The notes under the pieces: model-generated
Database searches by the model: none
Told to the model about the DNA's origin: nothing
Seen by the model: the letters and a program-made list of their open reading frames with translations, nothing else
In this document: piece after piece, positions 31,088-41,060 of the stretch
How positions within the stretch are numbered: the stretch's first letter is position 1
How the letters are laid out: each line of letters starts with the position of its first letter
Position numbers and translations under genes: made by a program
Origin: an uncultured virus (IMG/VR IMGVR_UViG_3300030102_002633)
Lineage: Duplodnaviria > Heunggongvirae > Uroviricota > Caudoviricetes
Virus record (IMG/VR): IMGVR_UViG_3300030102_002633
Direction: 5' to 3' (one strand)
DNA: 64,000 nucleotides

Positions 31088-31291
31088 CTAACAAGAGCCA
31101 CCGACAATAGCGGGGACAAGGTTAACGGTATCAACGGTTGACCAATCAATGTTTGTCACATTTTCTCGGCTTACCATATCTCCATCAACATACACCCAAT
31201 GAGTTGGGTGGTCTGCTATCTGTTCAATCATCTCAGCACTGGTTACTTCCAGTTCCGTGTGGCCTGTTTCATTCAATATTCTCAGTTTCAT
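31088..31291 (-). CDS. Ubiquitin-like (ThiS/MoaD/SAMP beta-grasp) protein with GG-SC C-terminus
   Basis: 67 aa; WVYVDG, DTVNLVPAIVGG + SC. Confidence 0.8.
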   Translation of the reverse strand: MKLRILNETGHTELEVTSAEMIEQIADHPTHWVYVDGDMVSRENVTNIDWSTVDTVNLVPAIVGGSC

Positions 31292-31321
31292 TTTTATTCC
31301 TCTGTTTTGTTTTTTTTTGTT

Positions 31322-31576
31322 CTACTGTTGTAGTTGTTGTTGAAGAGTCGCAATCGTCTTGTTGAGTTCTTGAACTCTACCCGAAAGGACATTTATTGTT
31401 TGCTCGTAGTGAGCGCACAATGCCATGTACTGTTGCAACTGGCCTATTGCCTGTTGAGCAGTTTGTTGGAGTTGAGCGTTGTTTGCTTGCATTGCCGCAA
31501 GAACCTCACCCGCATCCACCTCTTCTTCTGTTTGCACTTCTTCTTTTTCTTCTTTCTTCTTACTCATTTTTTTCAT
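31322..31576 (-). CDS. Gln-rich coiled-coil protein
   Basis: Heptad-like Q/L-rich sequence. Confidence 0.6.
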   Translation of the reverse strand: MKKMSKKKEEKEEVQTEEEVDAGEVLAAMQANNAQLQQTAQQAIGQLQQYMALCAHYEQTINVLSGRVQELNKTIATLQQQLQQ

Positions 31577-32739
31577 CTCCTATCATTTAACAATGCGTCA
31601 ATAAACTTTGATGCACCCTCTTTTGTTAGCGAGTCTGTTTCTCCTTCGTAGCCAAGTCTCCTTAGATAATTAACTTGCTTCTCAGTGGCAGGTGTCTCCT
31701 CCGTAGTATTGGCAGTATTGTCTGTAAAGAGTATACGCTTTAACCATTCGGATTGTTTTTCTGTTGGTTCTGCCCCACGAATGAATCTTCTCTTCATATC
31801 TCTAAGGAAGTTTCTTTCCCATTGAGTAGAACCATGTTCATGAGCATCGAATACTGGTAGACCAAAGTAAAGACACGCTTCAAGGAACTTACGTTCCCTC
31901 CAATCTTCTTCCATAAGACCACGAATCTTATCCTTAATTTCCAAATCAAGAGTCTCTAAGAACTTCTTCCTGTCCTCAACATACTTATCCTCAAGTTCAA
32001 TCTGCTCCAAATAGTCATCAATTAGTATAGAGAACAAGTCCATATCTCTCAGAAGTTTATCATTGGGATAACCTCTTGTGTTGATTTGAGCCTTCTTGTT
32101 GTCGGGGTGATTCCATCTCCAAACGATAGAAGCCATCTTGTAATCTTCTCTACCATACTTACCTGAACCAGTTTTTCTGATGTAAGTTACAGGGCGATAC
32201 TCCTTCAATTCATTATCATAGTATTGCTTGCCAGTTGTTCTTACGTTCAACCTCAAATCCATATCCTTGATTTCATTGAATAACTCGGTGAAACTATCAC
32301 CGTTCTCATCCCACCATGCTTCTTTGATTAGAGTTTCAACGGCTTGCTTTTTCCATTCCTCAATCTTTTCCTCTGTAATAGCGGATAGTGGTATGTTCAA
32401 AGTTTCAGCCATGTGTCTGAGAACCATCCAATTGTTGATACAGGTAGAACCTACAATCTCCAATGTTCCATTCTCAGTGTTCTCAATCTCAAAGTTGTAA
32501 ACAATATCCTTACCACAAAGACAGTGATGTGGATGGTTACTTGGGTGGTTCTCGATAATACCTCTATGAGTCCCATAGATTGTCTTACGCCAAACCCTAC
32601 CAGTTATCCTCCATTCTTTCTTTGCCTCTTCGTAGTCGTCTGATACCGACAAATCAAGAAGTCTTCTTGTTAGTGCCGGATAGTGATGACTTGTTTCAGC
32701 AGTGTTATCTATCATTCGTATATTACTTAATTCACTCAT
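31573..32739 (-). CDS. Conserved hypothetical protein, Zn-binding N-terminus
   Basis: HCLCG...VGSTCI; C-terminal PATEKQ..YL..LG...LTK..AS..ID repeat. Confidence 0.7.
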   Translation of the reverse strand: MSELSNIRMIDNTAETSHHYPALTRRLLDLSVSDDYEEAKKEWRITGRVWRKTIYGTHRGIIENHPSNHPHHCLCGKDIVYNFEIENTENGTLEIVGSTCINNWMVLRHMAETLNIPLSAITEEKIEEWKKQAVETLIKEAWWDENGDSFTELFNEIKDMDLRLNVRTTGKQYYDNELKEYRPVTYIRKTGSGKYGREDYKMASIVWRWNHPDNKKAQINTRGYPNDKLLRDMDLFSILIDDYLEQIELEDKYVEDRKKFLETLDLEIKDKIRGLMEEDWRERKFLEACLYFGLPVFDAHEHGSTQWERNFLRDMKRRFIRGAEPTEKQSEWLKRILFTDNTANTTEETPATEKQVNYLRRLGYEGETDSLTKEGASKFIDALLNDRR

Positions 32740-33769
32740 TCAAATCAGTCCTTTCATGATGTCTCTGTTCTCTCAGGTAACTATCAAGAAGCATATCTAT
32801 CTTCTGAAATAGTGCTTCGGGTAATCCCCCGATAGTTTTCCTGTTTAGAGATAGCCAAATCAATTGGTTCTGATTTAGAACTACCTTCACATTATCATCT
32901 TCATTCATTGTTATTACTAAGGGTGGCATTTCATCATCGTTTACCAACCTAAATTCTACATTACTTTCTTTTTGCATCATTTTTATTCCTCCTTATTCAT
33001 CGTGTTCAAATCTATCGCCAGTTGTCCATTTTAGTGGGTTGGCTATTCTATACACTGTTCCTAATATTCCTAACATTATATTCTTCCTCCTTCATCTATC
33101 ATTTCTTTTATTATGCCATCCATTGTTACCATGATGACGTGCATTGCGTCTTCCAAAATCTGTTTCCTTACAGGTTTCAGTTCAGGAAGACCTTCGTATC
33201 CTTCTACCATATCATTGAAGCCATTTCTCATTTTATCAATGTTGACTGCAATTTGCTCGTAGATATCCAACTTTCTCGGTTCAGGCATAATCCTCAACCT
33301 CAGTGTGTAACTGCTTGAATCTATATCTCATCTTCTCCATGTTCTTTCTTGTGCAAGCCGTAACAAAGTTCTGACCTCCACGTAGGAAAATAACCAATTT
33401 GAAGTATTTCTGCTCATCTCCATTAGTTACTTGATTCACGAAAAGGTTAGCAAGGCTTTCTGTTTCCTTCAATGAAGACCATGTAAAAGCCTGAACGTCA
33501 TTAAGACTAACTATCCCATTTATGAATCTGATATACTGCTTATCCGGTTGCCCCATACCTTCTTCCTGATAGCCTACGGTAGTAATATTTTCTTCTCCCT
33601 CAATCCCATGTAATCGAAAGAACTCATTTTCTGCGAGGCACAAACAAGGTTCTTGTTCACGTTCACCGAATTGAGTTTGAATTACTTTTATTCCTGTTCC
33701 TGAACAAATACGACACTGGGAATTTGTTGCTGCGGTTTTATTTTCATCAATCTGTTTATTTCTATTCAT
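32732..33769 (-). CDS. Three hypothetical genes (32732-32980, 33076-33297, 33281-33769)
   Basis: GGAGG RBS; CRICSG...PCLC in the third. Confidence 0.55.
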
Positions 33770-33996
33770 TTTATTACCTCCGTTTATTTCTATTACAACA
33801 ATAATTCAAATAAACTACATTTGTGTAAATTACTTCCAGAGTATATCAACTCTGACAGAAAAATAGGCTATTGTCTGAGTTTTTTACAACAAGTTGTTTA
33901 TTTTGGTCGGGGAGTGATATGCGGGAGAGAGCAACGTCTACTTTGGGAGAAATCTCACTCATTACCGTAGCAAACCGACACGAATGTTACATTCAA

Positions 33997-34527
33997 TCAA
34001 TAAACAACCGCCATTTGAGTATACCACTCAGGCGGATAGTGAGGCCACTTCCATGAAGCGAACCACTTCTTGTCATGAATGTAGTAGGCACGATATTTTT
34101 CGACAACTGAAAGGTCATCGAAGTTCTCAACCTTTTGCCTACATAGTTGGTTGTGGGATATAGCAACTGCAAAGGGTGTTAGCCCAATGTCAGGAAGCAA
34201 CTCCTCAACCTTATCGAAAACATCGGAATACTCTTCCAATGTCTTTGAGACTTTGTGTGTGTTACCAGTATACCAGTAACGTTTTGCGTATGTGTCAAGC
34301 AATCCTTCAAGATGGCTTCTCAACCATTGGAAGTTTTGTCTTGACTCTCTAGCCCAAATAGTGCAAGGATGATTTAGCATCACAGGGTCATAAGGACTAT
34401 CCAATCCTAAGTGGTCTGCAATGGTTGACATCATTTGCATACTTTCTAAGGGCATCTTTACGGAATGTTTGTCTATTACCAAACTTGCCGCAACTTTTGG
34501 GTCTTCATCAAGAATGAATATATTCAC
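33997..34527 (-). CDS. Pyrimidine-dimer DNA glycosylase (DenV-like family)
   Basis: MNIFILD..P, DKHxVKMPLE, NHPCTIWARES, YRAYY. Confidence 0.75.
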   Translation of the reverse strand: MNIFILDEDPKVAASLVIDKHSVKMPLESMQMMSTIADHLGLDSPYDPVMLNHPCTIWARESRQNFQWLRSHLEGLLDTYAKRYWYTGNTHKVSKTLEEYSDVFDKVEELLPDIGLTPFAVAISHNQLCRQKVENFDDLSVVEKYRAYYIHDKKWFASWKWPHYPPEWYTQMAVVY

Positions 34528-35376
34528 TCTTCCTCCTCCTTGAAATCACCATACATTTCGTATTCACTATTATCACCATATTTTGTTCCAGTGAATACTA
34601 CCCTAATACCTTCAAACTTACCCGATAGTGTTTCAGGTTTCTTTGACATTCCAACGTATTCATTGTATATCTCAAACACCTCTTCGTGTGTCAATTGTCT
34701 TGGCGACTTGATTTCCCATCTTCTTGTGTCAACCGACCATTCTTCTATTTCATATTCATTCATTCTTCTTCACCTGCCATATCATCAATGTATTTTACGC
34801 GAAGTGCTTCCTCCAAATGTTTTATTCTTGTGTCCATTCTTATTAAGACTGAACGAACTGAGTCAAACTTTGAATCATATTCTGCTATCTTATCATCGTA
34901 GGAATCCATCATCTTTTCCACGAACTTTGACTTCGCTTCAATCCTAGCATCCATTGCCCTTTTGTTTCTTGAAACACCAGTGTCATGTTCTTGACAAAAC
35001 TTGAGATGGCTTGTGTTCGTTCTAACATAGAATGGCTTGTTGCATCTATGTCCATCAGGCATTATTTTTTGACAGTGGTTATACGGCATCAAGCATCACC
35101 TCTTGGGTCATTCGGTTCAGCAATACTTGGCGAATAAACATAGGGTGACATAAACGATTCTTGTTTCCAATGGTAAACAGGGTAGTTATTTTTTCTAGCC
35201 CAATCATATATCTTTGATTTGTTACTTGTAGTAACGTCACGTTCATGGTGTAATATCTGACCACCCAAATTAGGGGAATCAAATACTGACACTTTAATGT
35301 GCGTGTGGTATTTATCTGTTACAACGTGGATAAAGGTATCATTTTCCACGAATCCATATTTGTTTACTTTTTTCAT
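34524..35376 (-). CDS. Three small coupled hypothetical genes (34524-34763, 34760-35092, 35089-35376) at the start of the leftward module
   Basis: ATGA overlaps and RBS motifs. Confidence 0.55.
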
Positions 35377-35399
35377 TTTTATTTCTCTCCATTTTCATT

Positions 35400-36110
35400 T
35401 GTTGGGTTTGAGCAAGAAAGCATAGGATAAAGAAACTGAAAATCCCTTAACCAGTGTGAATTTGTTTCTGCTTTTTTACTTGGTAAACTTGCCCCACAAT
35501 CCCTGCCCAACAGTAAGGGATGTGAATGTAATAGTAAGGTGAAAACTTTGCACCGCAACTGGTTTCGTCTTCATTAAGTTCGTGTTGCCTCGTCAGGACT
35601 TACGCAATTGAACGCCTTACCCCTAACCCATGAGAGAATCCGAATGGCGTAAAGCCCCCATTTTTCGGTATATCCTATGTGGTCGTGAGTATGTTGGGAG
35701 TGCAGTTTTACCTGCACCCCCGTATATCAGGGTTTGAGTCCTGATTATTTTGTGTGATATTTGTGAGTGTGTGTTGTGGGGATGAATAACGTACTGTGCC
35801 GTCTATCTCGGAGAGCATACAAGAAGTCAAGGTAACTTCTCCGATTTATTTACCGCAATGCCGACTACTCCTATTTATAGGCCAAAGTAACCCTATGGTA
35901 TGTTCAAAGGGTTAGGCAACTCATTAACTAGGTCTTCTCCCGCTAGGTCGAAAACTTTCGCTAAAGGCGAACTCCTGTATCTTCTATTCAATTAGTAATA
36001 GAAACCCACAATCCCAACTGTGCTGCTAATCCAATGTTGCAGGTCATCAAAAGACAACCCTTGAAACACTTTCCCGACTAATAACCCGCTAAGGTGTTCA
36101 TCTCGCTTTT
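35400..36110 (-). ncRNA. Candidate structured non-coding RNA(s) or long leader
   Basis: No ORF of 60 aa or more; at least 7 local hairpins plus a long-range CATAGGATA/TATCCTATG pairing; strand inferred. Confidence 0.4.
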
Positions 36111-36134
36111 CACATCCTTCACAAATGTTGAGTG

Positions 36135-36505
36135 TTCATTTATCATCCATTTCTCACGCCGATGATAAATATTAATCTGCGAAAACAATACCGTTTCGCA
36201 GGTTTTTGGCGTTCATTTCTCGTTTCTCACGTTTATCATCACCCCTAGTAATAATAATAGGGGGTATAATATATGAGAGAGAGTGTGTGTAGTAGTAATA
36301 ATATAATGATAATAATGATAAATGATAAATGAATATCAAAAAACATTGATTCTATCCAAGAATCCCAACTTTCTACCCCTCGACCTTTCTCATTTCTATG
36401 ATAATCGGTGAGAATTGAAGGGGAAAGTCAGAACTCATATCAGATAGAATATAACTATACTAAATCTCATACTAATATTAGTATAATATATTATATTATA
36501 TTGTG
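36135..36505. other. Candidate replication origin or bidirectional control region
   Basis: ATGATAAAT repeats in both orientations, several inverted repeats, AT-rich palindromic block at the gene-orientation switch. Confidence 0.45.
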
Positions 36506-36713
36506 ACCCTGTTTGATACCCGATAAAATATAGTGATATTTAGGGAGCAAACCTTTCGTGATGAACAACTAGTGTTCGTTAAGTATTACATTAGGTAGTG
36601 ACTACGCTGAAAGGGTCGGATTCTACAATATGAAATCCACCTCCGAGGGTATATGTACCCTGCACACGCACGTTGACCCCTCTGCCGACTTTATTTCTAA
36701 TGCGTGTCTAACA

Positions 36714-36735
36714 ACCATATGGTAGGCTACTTTGT
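36714..36735. repeat. Dyad motif copy 1 (core + right arm)
   Basis: ACCATATGGT-aggct-ACTTTGT. Confidence 0.85.
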
Positions 36736-37194
36736 AAGGAAACCTCAAACAAGTTGGGGAAGGGTTGGTTCTTACACTTACATCCCACTTGAGTTTGGTC
36801 AAGGCTTACCAACGGCTCGTAATCCAATATTTCAGGTACTTGGAATTGGTTTGGATAACCCCATACGTGTTACCTCGCCTTGTTATGTAATATATGGGGC
36901 ATCGGAACATTGACATTAGCATCATATGAGTTTTCAAGGTCATCTAAGATTCACTGTCCAGTCAGTGTCATGAATAACTGAACTTTTTGCCCGAAGAACT
37001 TACGTTCTCGCATTCCACTTGTGTTTTACTCTTCTCATTAACTCTATTGTTTGTTCGTCAGCCCCATATGGGAATAGGTCGAGGCCGGACTGCGTACTAT
37101 CCCGCAAATGCACTAAGCCGAATCGAGTACACGATTCACTTGCCTCTATACTTAATGCCAAAGATAACCTTCGCTGGTTATACCTCGTTATGTT

Positions 37195-37377
37195 TTATTG
37201 TCTAAGTATTGTGTTGAATACTTTCAGTGCTGAATCTAATTGCTCTAACGCACTGGGTAAGTCATCACTACGAACCTTGAGGCTCTTGATGATTAGAACA
37301 TGGTCTTGTCCTGATTTAGAGTGAGCAACTTCTAACTCATAAGGATATAACTTGCCCTCAACTATCTGTGTCGTCAT
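37195..37377 (-). CDS. Small early-type hypothetical protein
   Basis: 60 aa; ATG about 20 nt after a TATA-like box that follows the dyad arm. Confidence 0.55.
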   Translation of the reverse strand: MTTQIVEGKLYPYELEVAHSKSGQDHVLIIKSLKVRSDDLPSALEQLDSALKVFNTILRQ

Positions 37378-37416
37378 ACCCCTTACCCACTAAACAGGAT
37401 ATATGGGGTATCACCT

Positions 37417-37452
37417 ACAAAGTGTTACTACCATATGGTTGGGATACTTTGT
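37417..37452. repeat. Dyad motif copy 2 (complete)
   Basis: ACAAAGT-gttact-ACCATATGGT-tgggat-ACTTTGT, extended by ATATGGGG/CCCCATAT flanks (37401-37468). Confidence 0.9.
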
Positions 37453-37540
37453 CAGAAAAACCCCATATGGCTAACTTCTGACTAATAGAGTGCTTAGAAG
37501 GGTTTGAGAAAATCCGATTATTTTGAAAAGGTGATAAAAG

Positions 37541-38011
37541 ATGGAATGGAAAGAATTTTCAGGAACAACATTAGCATGGCTAAAGAATGATAAGACTGTT
37601 GATGAAGCAGATGCTTCAACTATCAGCAGAATGATTGAGAAGGGTAACGCAAACCCTACACGACAAGTTCGTATCTCCACTACAATCCGTGAGATTGCAA
37701 GAGATTACGCAACTGCTCCATATGGACAGAGAGGATACACTCTACCCGCAGAAGCACAAAACATCGTTAACGATGTAACTGCAATTGTGAATGAGATGGC
37801 TACTCTCTTTGATAATGGTGGAGATGCTATGAGAGCATTACTTCTACCTAACCAAAGGAGCAAAGTCAAGCACTTCCCTAACGGGTCTGCTTGGGCTTCT
37901 TCAGTTCTAAAGAACGTGAACGGCGTAGCAGTCAAACTATCCAAAGACGGAACTTGGGATGGTTCGATGGAGAGTCTAACCGCTACAATTTCGGAGGTAA
38001 CTTCGGAATAA
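37541..38011 (+). CDS. Hypothetical protein, paralogue of 39777-40286
   Basis: GGTGA RBS; shared W.EF...AW...R...KG...RI..T.R motif. Confidence 0.75.
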   Translation: MEWKEFSGTTLAWLKNDKTVDEADASTISRMIEKGNANPTRQVRISTTIREIARDYATAPYGQRGYTLPAEAQNIVNDVTAIVNEMATLFDNGGDAMRALLLPNQRSKVKHFPNGSAWASSVLKNVNGVAVKLSKDGTWDGSMESLTATISEVTSE

Positions 38012-38064
38012 GCGGGTAACTCTCAGTTACCCTTCTAAGCACCCGTTCTTTGGGGTTTGAGATT

Positions 38065-38100
38065 ACAAAGTATCTCTTACCATATGGTTTTGCACTTTGT
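38065..38100. repeat. Dyad motif copy 3 (complete)
   Basis: ACAAAGT-atctctt-ACCATATGGT-tttgc-ACTTTGT. Confidence 0.9.
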
Positions 38101-38142
38101 CGGTAAGAACCCCACTTATACCTTCCTCAGTAACCAAAAGGT

Positions 38143-39637
38143 ATGAAGTGCAAGATATGCGGAGTAAATCACAAGGAAGAAGACACGGAAAACCTGATTA
38201 TGATAAGGTGTTCATGTGGGGCTACCCTACAAGGGCCAAGATACCCTAAAGTCGGAGGTAAATCTAATCTCTTTACTAAAAGGCATTACAATTGGCTTGT
38301 TGATATGGCGTTAAGTTTAGATTTAACACATGAGCAATGTAGGGAACTTGCTGAAATGTTGGAAGGAACGAATCCTAACTACGATAGGTTGAAGTTCATT
38401 ACAACCATTACGTCATTAAGAAATAAGAGGAGTGGAGGGATATGATGAAACCCAATATCAGTAAAGTGTGTAGGGCTTGCCTATACATCATGGAACACAA
38501 ATGGACAAGGAAAGGGTATGCCTGTAAAAGATGCCTACATATAACAACGGAGAGATACTAATGTATAAGATAATTAGATTTAGATTTGATGGAAATAATA
38601 GAACAATCAAGAGAGGATTAACTCTTGAAGAAGCACAAGCACATTGTAAAGACCCTAAAACAAGTGGTGATGATTGGTTTGATGGATACACGGAGGAATA
38701 AGAATGAGTAAATATAGTGAAGAAGAAGCAATTTCAATAATGAAGCAGGTAATGAGAAATTTGAGAGAATGGTTGAATACGCCTAATGATGATTTAGAAA
38801 ATATGATGGGTATTAGTTGGATGCAATTTTTGGATGTGTACGAGGCAATAGGTGGTGAAGAGGAATGAACGAAATAGTTGGATATTGCGGAGAATGCGGA
38901 ACAGGATATGAGAAAGGATTTACCTACAAGATGCCGGGTGATGGTGGAATTGTTTGGTACATCTGTATCAATGATAATTGTGGAGTGAGTATGCCATGTT
39001 CATAGATTGCATACGATGTAAGAAATGCGGAAGCATAACAATCAAGCCGGAAGATGAAGAGTTCTTCGGTGAATGGAATGAATGTATGTGTAGAGTAAAT
39101 GAAATATTGGAGGAATACAAATTATGAGTATAATAACAAGTTGGAGAATTGAAGTAACGTTAGAGAATGGAGAAACGGTGTATGTATCAGATATGCCTGA
39201 TGACGTTTCTAATGTGGTTGATGAATACCTCACTGAGTTAGAGGCTGATTAAATGATGAAATTAGTCCTTAGAATAGAAACGGAAGAATATGTCTTTGAG
39301 AGGTGGGAAGATGTCAGATGATTACGATTACCAAAAAGACAAGGATGATGAGATGTTAGCCGACTACTATTCTGATTTGGCGACAGAAGAACGGCAAGCA
39401 TTCTGCGAACACAGTAATTCATACGTTCAAGGCATAAGGATTCTGATAGCGGAGGACTCTGAAGTTATGAAACGCCCTTTATTGAGACAAGACGGAAAAC
39501 AGTATTATGAGATTGAAGAACCCGACATTGAAGTTAACTTCTATTGCTCAGATTGTGGAAAGGACAAATGGCAATCAACCGACATTAGTGATTATGTTGA
39601 AGGTCTTGATTGTGATGAGATACTTTCACAGGATTAA
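38143..39637 (+). CDS. Cassette of about 7 microproteins (38143-38445, 38442-38561, 38561-38701, 38704-38868, 38865-39005, 39124-39252, 39290-39637)
   Basis: Coupled starts and stops with RBS; several CxxC; 38561 encodes MYKIIRF...GLTLEEAQAHCKDP...WFDGY, a pattern seen in other viral microproteins. Confidence 0.6.
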
Positions 39638-39669
39638 CGTAAGCCACCCTTCGGGGTGTGCCTGATGCG

Positions 39670-39710
39670 ACAAAGTGCCTCTTCCAACCATATGGTATGA
39701 ACTACTTTGT
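39670..39710. repeat. Dyad motif copy 4 (complete)
   Basis: ACAAAGT-N10-ACCATATGGT-N7-ACTTTGT. Confidence 0.9.
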
Positions 39711-39776
39711 GAATTTGAATACCCTAATACCCTAAATACGGGTAATATACCGTCTAAAACGACAGGAGAAACAAAT

Positions 39777-40286
39777 ATGACCGAAAATAAATGGACTGAG
39801 TTCACTCAGAAGATAACCGCATGGAAAAGAACGAATAAGGGATGGAATGACCCCGAACATGAGTCATATCAAGAGGATTTAGATTCTCTTGACCGAATCA
39901 TGAAGAAGGGTAAGACTGATGAAGGCCGAAGGGCGAGAATCATGTCTACTGTTCGCACTCTCTTTATGGATATACCAACATCACCATTCAGAACAGGCAA
40001 AGCCTCTTCGATTGATGCTGGTATGCTCGCAAAATACAACGAAAGCCGAAATGATGCCCGAAGTGCCTTAATCAAGGCATGGAGCGAATCAGAGTTCCTT
40101 CAAATGTATGAAGTGAAGAGCAAAAGAGGCGGAGGCGGAGTTTTCGCTTCTGCTGATGAGTACGCTGACTATCAATTGAGTTCAACGGACTCAAGGGTTC
40201 ACTCTGCAATGCGTGGAACATCAAAAGACTATCAGTTCGCTGATGGTAAGCCTCTAATCAACCTAATTCCTCAAAAGGAAGATTAG
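39777..40286 (+). CDS. Hypothetical protein, paralogue of 37541-38011
   Basis: AGGAG RBS before MTENKWTEF. Confidence 0.75.
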   Translation: MTENKWTEFTQKITAWKRTNKGWNDPEHESYQEDLDSLDRIMKKGKTDEGRRARIMSTVRTLFMDIPTSPFRTGKASSIDAGMLAKYNESRNDARSALIKAWSESEFLQMYEVKSKRGGGGVFASADEYADYQLSSTDSRVHSAMRGTSKDYQFADGKPLINLIPQKED

Positions 40287-40493
40287 ACGGACTCAAGTAG
40301 GGGGGGAACACCCTAAATTCAAATAGTTCCCCCTCTACACCCCGTTAGAGATTAAATGGATAAGGTAAGTCGTCATCCCCCCGCTCATCACAGCACCTCC
40401 TTCATGTTACCACTTGTAGGATAGTGAAAGGTCTTGCTAATGGCTCTTATTCGGCCCTTCGGGGTTCTCGCAACCCTTCGGGGTCTAATGTTC

Positions 40494-40533
40494 GCAAAGC
40501 AATTTACAACCATATGGTTGGCACGAACTTTGT
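40494..40533. repeat. Dyad motif copy 5 (complete, between convergent genes)
   Basis: GCAAAGC-N8-ACCATATGGT-N8-ACTTTGT. Confidence 0.88.
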
Positions 40534-40571
40534 GACGTTAAACCCTGAGAGGATGCCCGAAGGCAGTCCAA

Positions 40572-40850
40572 TCAGTATCCGTCCTGAACCCTAATCGGCT
40601 CAATGAAATACTGGGGGTTTTTCAGCATTTCACGGATTTCATACATTCTCTCAGCACCCCTTCCACGAATAGCACCATTGAGTCTTGCAATTTCAGCAGT
40701 CAATCTGTCTATCTGTATTGCATTCATTCTTTTCACTTCCCGAATTGCACTTCTCTCATGTTGGTGGTATTCTGTGATTCTAACCGTGTCATCTGCGTAG
40801 TTTCTGCTCTTTATTACGTACATTGTTCTTGCCATGTAGTATATATCCAC
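40572..40850 (-). CDS. Small hypothetical protein (likely start MARTMY at about 40834)
   Basis: Inverted cassette between dyad copies 5 and 6. Confidence 0.6.
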   Translation of the reverse strand: MDIYYMARTMYVIKSRNYADDTVRITEYHQHERSAIREVKRMNAIQIDRLTAEIARLNGAIRGRGAERMYEIREMLKNPQYFIEPIRVQDGY

Positions 40851-40878
40851 CTTTTCAGGTATAATTAGGGTTCTTTCC

Positions 40879-40900
40879 GCAAAGCACTAAACCATATGGT
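40879..40900. repeat. Dyad motif copy 6 (left arm + core)
   Basis: GCAAAGC-actaa-ACCATATGGT. Confidence 0.85.
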
Positions 40901-40996
40901 TGTAAAAAATCGCCCCGGTGAGATTTGTCAAGCACTTTTTATGTCACTAGTGACATCCCTTTTTTCGTCATTTACAAACGTCAGTTTATTTCTATT

Positions 40997-41020
40997 ACCA
41001 TATGGTAGCATATACTTTGT
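40997..41020. repeat. Dyad motif copy 7 (core + right arm)
   Basis: ACCATATGGT-agcatat-ACTTTGT. Confidence 0.85.
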
Positions 41021-41060
41021 TAAGAGGATACCCTAATACCATGTATTTGAGAGTGATACC

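Noticed and set aside
35555..35615. Hammerhead-like core on the minus strand (CUGACGA...GAAA)
   Set aside because: A stem III can be drawn, but stem I is absent and stem II pairs poorly; the alternative topology gives a disallowed UG cleavage site
35696..35746. tRNA-like T-arm (GGTTTGAGTCC)
   Set aside because: No acceptor stem, D arm or anticodon arm can be built
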